A stretch of 64,000 bases of DNA from Patescibacteria group bacterium (GTDB lineage Bacteria > Patescibacteriota > WWE3 > UBA101185 > UBA10185). A program made the position numbers and the translations under genes. Within the stretch, counting starts at the first letter, position 1. Every line of letters starts with the position of its first letter. Where the stretch lies: NCBI GenBank assembly GCA_032117075.1, contig JAUMAA010000003.1, positions 41,574 through 105,573 on the forward strand, written 5' to 3'. The notes beneath the pieces are model-generated. The model made no database searches, was not told where the DNA came from, and saw nothing but the letters and a program-made list of their open reading frames with translations. This document shows, piece after piece, positions 57,554-64,000 of this stretch.

Positions 57554-58102
57554 ATGTCAAATTCAAACTTATTTCATATCATAAAACAAGATAAAGCCCC
57601 TCAAGTAATTAGCGTACTAGTTGAAATTGCAAAAGGCGACTTCACTAAATACGAGTTTAATCACGAGTATGGAATACTCGAATTAGATAGGGTTCTTTAT
57701 GGGCCTCTTTTCTACCCAGTTGCTTATTGCGATGTTCCTGGTACTTGGAATGAAGGGGATAATGACCCATTAGATGCTGTTGTATTCTGTTCAGGAAATT
57801 TACTTCCTGGTACTTTGGTCAAAGGAAGAGTAATCGGAGTTATGGAAATGGAAGATAACGGTGAAGCAGATTCAAAAATTATCTGTGTAGCAGATAAGGA
57901 CCCAAGATACAAAAATGTAAATTCCATCAATGATTTAACAGAGTATGAAAGAAAAGATTTAAAATCTTTTATGGAACTTTATAAAATTCCTCAAACTGGA
58001 AAAGATACTGTTAAAGTAGGTGAGTTTAAAGACAAAGAAGCAGCTTTCGAACTAATCGAAAATTGTGTAAAAACCTACCAAGAAAAATTTGGTAACCAAT
58101 AA
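57554..58102 (+). CDS. ppa: Inorganic pyrophosphatase, family I
   Basis: VEI, KYE, LDR, YP..Y, DNDPLDA, MEDNGEAD.KI. Confidence 0.95.
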   Translation: MSNSNLFHIIKQDKAPQVISVLVEIAKGDFTKYEFNHEYGILELDRVLYGPLFYPVAYCDVPGTWNEGDNDPLDAVVFCSGNLLPGTLVKGRVIGVMEMEDNGEADSKIICVADKDPRYKNVNSINDLTEYERKDLKSFMELYKIPQTGKDTVKVGEFKDKEAAFELIENCVKTYQEKFGNQ

Positions 58103-58104
58103 AC

Positions 58105-60720
58105 ATGGACGATAACATTAAAGATCAAAATGTAGATAACTCACATGAGTTAGAGAATGAAGAAACACTTGATATAGAACAAGGTGGTATCGAACCTATT
58201 GAAATTTCTGGTGAAATGGAAAGAGCTTACCTTGACTATGCAATGTCGGTTATTGTTTCAAGAGCTTTACCAGATGTAAGAGATGGTTTGAAACCAGTTC
58301 AAAGAAGAATTATCTATGCGATGCACGAACAAAACATGCATCATGATTCAAAATTTTCCAAATGTGCTGCAGTTGTAGGTGAAGTGTTAAAGAGTTATCA
58401 CCCTCATGGAGATATGTCTGTATATGAAGCCTTAGTAAGAATGGCTCAGGACTTCTCATTGAGATATCCTCTCATTATTGGGCAAGGAAATTTTGGTAAT
58501 GTTGACGGGGACGGTGCTGCGGCAATGAGGTATACAGAAAGTAAGTTAGCTAAATTAGCTGATGAACTACTAAGAGATATCGATAAAGATACAGTAAATT
58601 TTGAAATTAATGACTTGCAAAACGAAGAGCCTGACTATTTACCTTCTGCAATTCCAAATATTCTATTAAATGGTGCGGTAGGAATTGCTGTCGGAATGGC
58701 TACAAATATTCCTCCTCATAATCTTTCTGAGGTATGTGATGGAATTAATGAGCTTATAGAAAAAGCTGATTATATTGGAGATGTACCTTCAAAAGATGAT
58801 CCAGATCAAGTAGCTAAAGTTGATTTTACTTCTCATGCGACAGTGGAGGAGTTAGTAAAATTTATCAAAGGACCTGATTTCCCAACTGGAGGAATTATCT
58901 ACGATCAAAGAGATATAATGCAAATCTACTCAGTAGGAAAGGGTAGGGTAGTAGCAAGAGCAAAAATGGAAATTGAGGATGATAAAAAAGGAAAAACACA
59001 AATTGTTGTGACAGAAATACCTTATCAAGTAAACAAGTCCACTTTACTTGAGAAAATCTCTGAATGTGTCAAAGATAAGAAAATAATTGGTATTTCGGAT
59101 CTTAGAGATGAATCGAACAAGTTAGGAATTAGAGTAGTCATAGAATTAAAAAAAGATGCTGCTCCTCAAAAGGTTCAGAATCAATTATATAGATATACTC
59201 AATTACAAACTGCATTTAATGCCAATATGGTCATGTTAGTCCATAGAGAACCAAAACTCATGGGATTAAAACCAATACTTGAAGAATTTATCAAACACAG
59301 ACAAATTGTAGTAATTAGAAGAACAAAATATTTATTAAGAAAAGCATTAGATAGAGAACATATTTTACTTGGACTTAAAATTGCAGTTGATTTCATAGAT
59401 GAAGTCATTAAGATAATTAGAGGAGCTAAAGATACAGAAGAGGCGAAAGTTAATTTAATTAAAAGATTTAGCTTTTCAGACCTTCAAGCTCAAGCTATTT
59501 TAGATCTTCAATTAAGAAGACTTTCAGCACTTGAAAGATATAAGATTGAAGAGGAATTGAATCAGATTCAACAAATAATTAAGGATTGTAAGGAACTTCT
59601 CGCAAGTCCTGTCAAAATAATCGAAACAATTAAGAAAGAAAATTTAGAAATTAAGGAAAAATTCGGTGATGCAAGAAAAACTAAAGTTATCAAAGGAAAA
59701 TTAGGCGAACTTACTGATGAAGACTTAGTTGTAAATGAATCATGCATTATTTCAATTTCTGAAAATGGCTATATTAAAAGATTAAAACCAGATACATATA
59801 GAAAACAAGGTAGGGGAGGAAAGGGAGTTAACGGACAAACATTGAAAGAAGAAGATAACATAGATCAAATCAGAATAGCATCAACCCATGATGCTGCGAT
59901 GTTTTTTACCAATAAGGGTAAGGTATTTAAATTAAAAGTTTGGGATATTCCAGAATCCTCAAGAACAGCAAAGGGTACCTCAATTGTTAATTTCTTAAAT
60001 ATCTCGCAAGATGAAAGAGTAGAAGCTTTTATCACTGCAGATAATCAAATATTTGACGATAATAATTGTTTCGTAGTATTAGCAACTGTTCAAGGAAAGA
60101 TCAAGAAAACCCCAATTTCAGACTTTGCTAATATTAGAAACAATGGAATTATAGCCATCAACCTTACAGATGGAGATACTTTAATTGCAGCTAAGTTATC
60201 CTGTGGATCTGACGATGTTATCTTGATTTCAGACAAGGGTCAATCAATTAGATTTCACGAAAAAGAAGCTAGACCTATGGGAAGAGCTGCATCAGGAGTA
60301 GCTGGAGTTAAATTACTACCAAAACATAAACTAATCGCAATGGATATCATTTCAAAAGCACAAAAAGACGGATGTTTGGCTGTGGTAACTGAGCAAGGAT
60401 ACGGAAAGAAGACACCTCTTGAAGAGTATAAAGCTCAGGCAAGAGGAGGGTCAGGAATAATTACTTATAAGGTTTCTGATAAAACCGGGGATGTAGTTGC
60501 AGCCAGAATTGCTGAGAGAGATTTTGATAACGATGTATTACTTGCATCAAAATCAGGAAAAATCATCAGACTAGAATACAAAGGGATTCCTGAACAAGGC
60601 AGGTCAACAATTGGAGTAAGACTTATCAGATTGGATGCTAGCGACAAGTTAGTTGGGGCTGCTTTCATGGATATTAACGAAGAAATGGTAAACTCTATTA
60701 CACAAGAAGAAGAGGAATAA
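58105..60720 (+). CDS. gyrA: DNA gyrase subunit A
   Basis: RALPDVRDGLKPV, YHPHGD, AAMRYTE, GyrA-box QGRGGKG. Confidence 0.97.
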   Translation: MDDNIKDQNVDNSHELENEETLDIEQGGIEPIEISGEMERAYLDYAMSVIVSRALPDVRDGLKPVQRRIIYAMHEQNMHHDSKFSKCAAVVGEVLKSYHPHGDMSVYEALVRMAQDFSLRYPLIIGQGNFGNVDGDGAAAMRYTESKLAKLADELLRDIDKDTVNFEINDLQNEEPDYLPSAIPNILLNGAVGIAVGMATNIPPHNLSEVCDGINELIEKADYIGDVPSKDDPDQVAKVDFTSHATVEELVKFIKGPDFPTGGIIYDQRDIMQIYSVGKGRVVARAKMEIEDDKKGKTQIVVTEIPYQVNKSTLLEKISECVKDKKIIGISDLRDESNKLGIRVVIELKKDAAPQKVQNQLYRYTQLQTAFNANMVMLVHREPKLMGLKPILEEFIKHRQIVVIRRTKYLLRKALDREHILLGLKIAVDFIDEVIKIIRGAKDTEEAKVNLIKRFSFSDLQAQAILDLQLRRLSALERYKIEEELNQIQQIIKDCKELLASPVKIIETIKKENLEIKEKFGDARKTKVIKGKLGELTDEDLVVNESCIISISENGYIKRLKPDTYRKQGRGGKGVNGQTLKEEDNIDQIRIASTHDAAMFFTNKGKVFKLKVWDIPESSRTAKGTSIVNFLNISQDERVEAFITADNQIFDDNNCFVVLATVQGKIKKTPISDFANIRNNGIIAINLTDGDTLIAAKLSCGSDDVILISDKGQSIRFHEKEARPMGRAASGVAGVKLLPKHKLIAMDIISKAQKDGCLAVVTEQGYGKKTPLEEYKAQARGGSGIITYKVSDKTGDVVAARIAERDFDNDVLLASKSGKIIRLEYKGIPEQGRSTIGVRLIRLDASDKLVGAAFMDINEEMVNSITQEEEE

Positions 60721-60721
60721 A

Positions 60722-61756
60722 ATGATTTCCTTGCCTGAGTTTTCACAAAATATTCAAAAAAAAATTCAATTAGCTAAAAGAGTAATTCTTTTCCTACATA
60801 AATCTCCCGATCTTGATTCAATTGGTTCTAATTTTGGATTTGTGGATTACATAAAAAATCTAAATTCAACTGCAGAAATCATTATACTTTCAACAGATAT
60901 CCCGTCTGAGAGTTTAAATTTAATAATTAATAATTATTCAGAGATTAACTTATCAATTATCGAAGTAGCAAATTTTGAATTTCAAAATGGGGACTTGTCA
61001 GTTTCAATTGATTTTTCAGAAATTCATCGAGCAAGTAGAGTAGAGGGATTTATTATTCCAGAGTTTGTAGATCAAGCAATAATTGATCACCATGTTATTC
61101 CAGAAATAAAAAGTAAATTAAATTTTATCGAAACTCAAAATATCTCAGCTTCAACTATCATTTTTAAATTATACAAAGAAGCTAAAATAGAAATTTCTTT
61201 AAATACATATAAATTTTTAATTTTTGGCATTCTTGGTGATTCAGGAAGCTTAAGATACAAAGATAATAATTTTTTAACATCACTAGAAATTATTAGAGAA
61301 TTCTGCGAAAAATATGGAACTATTAATTATTTTGAGATTGTAGAAATGATGGAAAGAAATATGCCGGTACAGGAATATATTCTTGAGGGTATTTATCTAA
61401 ACAATCTAGTTTACGATGAAGAAAAGAAATATGCTTACACATACATGACATTAGAAGATAGACAAAAAAAGGGAATTCCCACTCATTATGTTGAATTCTT
61501 AAACGGAGCAACTGTTATTAAAAACATTGGGTTATCAAATTTTACATTTTCTGTTACAGAAGACAAAAAAGAAGCAAATAAGTTTAACCTAAGCTTTAGA
61601 TCATGCTCTGGAACAGGTTTTGTAGTCAGAGATATTGCTGCAAAATTAGGCGGGGGAGGGCATCTGGCCGCTGCGGGAGCTCAGATTGAAGCTAAAAGTC
61701 TAAATGAAGCTTTAGAAAGGGTTAAAACTGCCATTCATGAGCTTGATGCAATTTGA
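60722..61756 (+). CDS. nrnA: DHH-family phosphoesterase (NrnA-like)
   Basis: H..PD.D..GS, IIDHH, D(S)G, S.RS, GGGGH..AAG. Confidence 0.85.
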   Translation: MISLPEFSQNIQKKIQLAKRVILFLHKSPDLDSIGSNFGFVDYIKNLNSTAEIIILSTDIPSESLNLIINNYSEINLSIIEVANFEFQNGDLSVSIDFSEIHRASRVEGFIIPEFVDQAIIDHHVIPEIKSKLNFIETQNISASTIIFKLYKEAKIEISLNTYKFLIFGILGDSGSLRYKDNNFLTSLEIIREFCEKYGTINYFEIVEMMERNMPVQEYILEGIYLNNLVYDEEKKYAYTYMTLEDRQKKGIPTHYVEFLNGATVIKNIGLSNFTFSVTEDKKEANKFNLSFRSCSGTGFVVRDIAAKLGGGGHLAAAGAQIEAKSLNEALERVKTAIHELDAI

Positions 61757-62399
61757 AATTAACCTACACCAAAGTCAAGGTTATAAATATATTGGAGGTA
61801 TTGATGAGGTGGGAAGGGGATGTCTCGCAGGACCTTTGGTAACTGCTATTGTGGTTTATGATATTGAAAAATTAAAGAATATTTCAGAAGTAAAAGTTTT
61901 AAAAAAAATTAATCAAATCAAAGATTCAAAAAAATTATTAGAACAAAGAAGAGAAGAGTTATCTGAATTTATTAATGAATTGGCAACATTTATTCATATT
62001 CAAGAAACATCTAATAACGAAATAGATAAATTATTAATTTCAAAATCAACAAATAATTCTTTTTTAGAAAATTTTAATCAGGCTAAAAGAAATAATTATT
62101 TAGATTTTGTATTAACAGATGCTTTTAAAATTAAGGGGGTGGAGGAAAGTACTCAGAAAAGTTTGATAAAAGGAGATAACACATCCTTAGCAATAGCCTC
62201 AGCTTCGATAGTTGCCAAAGTTTATAGGGACAACTTAATGAAAAAAATTGCAGAAGAGGAAAGATACAAAAATTACGAATTTGAAAAACACAAAGGTTAC
62301 GGAACAGCTGCACATCTAGATGCAATCAAAAAATACGGTATCTCAGATTTACACAGAAAATCTTTTGAACCTATTAAATCAATTATTAGTAATAACTAA
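61737..62399 (+). CDS. rnhB: Ribonuclease HII
   Basis: GIDEVGRG.LAGP, DSKKL, KGD, ASIVAKV.RD, HKGYGT, HRKSF. Confidence 0.96.
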   Translation: MSLMQFEINLHQSQGYKYIGGIDEVGRGCLAGPLVTAIVVYDIEKLKNISEVKVLKKINQIKDSKKLLEQRREELSEFINELATFIHIQETSNNEIDKLLISKSTNNSFLENFNQAKRNNYLDFVLTDAFKIKGVEESTQKSLIKGDNTSLAIASASIVAKVYRDNLMKKIAEEERYKNYEFEKHKGYGTAAHLDAIKKYGISDLHRKSFEPIKSIISNN

Positions 62400-62438
62400 A
62401 TCATTGACTTAAAAATTTATTCAATTCATAATCAATAT

Positions 62439-62795
62439 ATGCCTCAAAATGAAAATTTAAACGAAAAACCTAAATTAAGCGAAATTACAGTTAAGGAACT
62501 TAACAATAAAATTCTAACTCAATACATTAGGGGGGTTGAGGCACTTGCAAATAACACTAGAGTTGGGCAAAACGAAAGTTTAAAGACTAAGGTAGTAAAG
62601 GGCTTAGACTCCTTAGGAAATTCATACAAAAAACAACTTGAAAGAAGGGGGATTGATGGAACTTATAATGAAAATTATGCACTATGGACATTAATAGACG
62701 ATACTAGAGTTTATATAGAATCCACCTTACCGACCCATGAAGTTAGCAGAGATTTTCTTGAACATCAATTGAGAAAAGCAAGGGAACTTTTATGA
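62439..62795 (+). CDS. Hypothetical helical protein, paralog of the next gene
   Basis: Shares N.Y..QL..RG....Y..N.A.W.L...T.VY.E with 62792-63145. Confidence 0.75.
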   Translation: MPQNENLNEKPKLSEITVKELNNKILTQYIRGVEALANNTRVGQNESLKTKVVKGLDSLGNSYKKQLERRGIDGTYNENYALWTLIDDTRVYIESTLPTHEVSRDFLEHQLRKARELL

Positions 62796-63145
62796 ATGTT
62801 AACACGAAAAGTTCAGAAAAAGATTCTCTAAAAATTCCAATAGAGGAAGTAAACAAAGAAGTTATCTCCAAATATAAAACAGGATTAATGTTGCTTATAA
62901 AAAACATAGGGGACAAAGAAACTGAAATAGGGGTGATGGAAGATTTTATCAAACTGGAAAATTACTATACCAATCAATTAAATGTCAGAGGTCTAAGAGA
63001 TCCTTATGATATAAACAGCGCTGTATGGAGTTTAGTTAATGGAACTAAAGTCTATTTAGAAGTATCAAACAAAATAGGGAGTATGGACAAGAATTACCTA
63101 GAGTATTTGTTACAAAAAGCAGATAATTTATTTAAGGAGGAGTAA
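62792..63145 (+). CDS. Hypothetical helical protein
   Basis: Tandem paralog; ATGA overlap. Confidence 0.75.
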   Translation: MNVNTKSSEKDSLKIPIEEVNKEVISKYKTGLMLLIKNIGDKETEIGVMEDFIKLENYYTNQLNVRGLRDPYDINSAVWSLVNGTKVYLEVSNKIGSMDKNYLEYLLQKADNLFKEE

Positions 63146-63645
63146 TGAAAAACCTCGAACCGGAAACCAACAACGATAGATTCAAAAATATTTTTAGTAT
63201 TATTGAGGAACAAGCAAATAAACCAAAAGAAGAAGTAGATTTCTCAGACTTAACTAAACTTGTTGATGTTAAAAAAGATATTAAGAAATTAAGTGTTCAA
63301 ACAGGTGAGGATCTTGATAATAAAGATTTTGTTGTTAGTACTTTAAATACCTTACTTAATAAAACATTGCTTCAACTCTGCTTTAAAGAAACACCTTCAA
63401 AATTAAGTCCGGAAGCTTTAGAAAAAGCACAAGTTAATTTGGAAACAAAACTAGACGAACTTCATAAATTAATTGGAAATAGACAACAAATAACTCAAGA
63501 AGAGTTAGAAAAACTAGAAGCAAATTTATTTAGAAGTTACTCACAAATAGTTTTAAATAAGATCACCAATAGTCAAATTGTTTTAAATGTTGCCATGATT
63601 GAAAATGCCGTTAAAACTATCAAAGATTTGGATCTAGTTAAATAA
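63145..63645 (+). CDS. Hypothetical helical protein
   Basis: SD AAGGAGG, TAATG coupling. Confidence 0.7.
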   Translation: MKNLEPETNNDRFKNIFSIIEEQANKPKEEVDFSDLTKLVDVKKDIKKLSVQTGEDLDNKDFVVSTLNTLLNKTLLQLCFKETPSKLSPEALEKAQVNLETKLDELHKLIGNRQQITQEELEKLEANLFRSYSQIVLNKITNSQIVLNVAMIENAVKTIKDLDLVK

Positions 63646-63686
63646 TTTCATTGACTTTTTAATTTTTTAAAACTATATTTAATATC

Positions 63687-64000
63687 GTGCATATTGAAAC
63701 AACATACTCTTACGACGATGTTTTGTTAGTTCCGCAAAAATCAAAAGTAAAATCACGAAGTGATGTTTCTCTCCAAACAAACTTAACTCCAAATTTTAAT
63801 TTAAATTTACCTGTAATTTCATCAAATATGGACTCAGTAACTGGAACTGAAATGGCAATAAAATTAGCGATGTACGGAGGCCTAGGAGTACTTCCAAGAT
63901 TTGGGAATATAGATGAAGAAGTCGAAATGCTAATGCAAGTAAAAAAAGAAAATGTAAAAGTTGGGGCTTCTTTAGGAATAAAAGATGAGTTCAAAGAAAG
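63687..64000 (+). CDS. IMP dehydrogenase/GMP reductase family protein, apparently CBS-less, 3'-truncated (not in the ORF track)
   Basis: GTG 63687; YSYDDVLLVPQKS...LPVISSNMDSVT..EMAI.LA..GGLGVLPRF then directly VGASLG. Confidence 0.88.
   Translation, partial: MHIETTYSYDDVLLVPQKSKVKSRSDVSLQTNLTPNFNLNLPVISSNMDSVTGTEMAIKLAMYGGLGVLPRFGNIDEEVEMLMQVKKENVKVGASLGIKDEFKE

Overview
AT-rich bacterial chromosome segment using the standard code, most consistent with a Patescibacteria/CPR genome such as WWE3 or Microgenomates. This is inference from the short PheT, the trigger factor lacking its PPIase domain, the degenerate ACP, the large type IV pilus locus and widespread apparently leaderless genes. 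The backbone carries tig-clpP, truB, infC-rpmI-rplT, pheST, a class A PBP, tyrS, recG, rsmD, rpmF-nusB-acp-rnc-rpsP-trmD, a ~14 kb type IV pilus cluster, gyrB/gyrA, ppa, nrnA, rnhB, a partial guaB-like gene and two tRNAs (Leu-UAG, Val-GAC). Four things stand out. (1) A tightly coupled five-gene operon directly behind tRNA-Leu (8232-14216): membrane-anchored GrpE-like, atypical 836-aa Hsp70, J-domain-like membrane protein lacking HPD, small membrane coiled-coil protein and AAA+ ATPase. (2) Two paralogous small membrane-protein modules (~17143-17492 and ~21668-21962) whose predicted mRNA 5' end GTTGCTGAGGT is perfectly complementary to a conserved 3' element, resembling type I toxin panhandles. 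(3) About ten dispersed orphan expression units (promoter, strong SD, GC-rich hairpin), three sharing a leader TAAAWT-N6-GGAGAT-N3/4-ATAA-N4-RGGAGG, in a genome whose core genes mostly lack SD leaders. (4) Smaller oddities: a duplicated pilT start forming a uORF, an ACP without its Ser, a pilin-like gene split by one stop, and non-canonical gyrase quinolone-site residues. All calls come from reading the sequence; no searches or folding programs were run.
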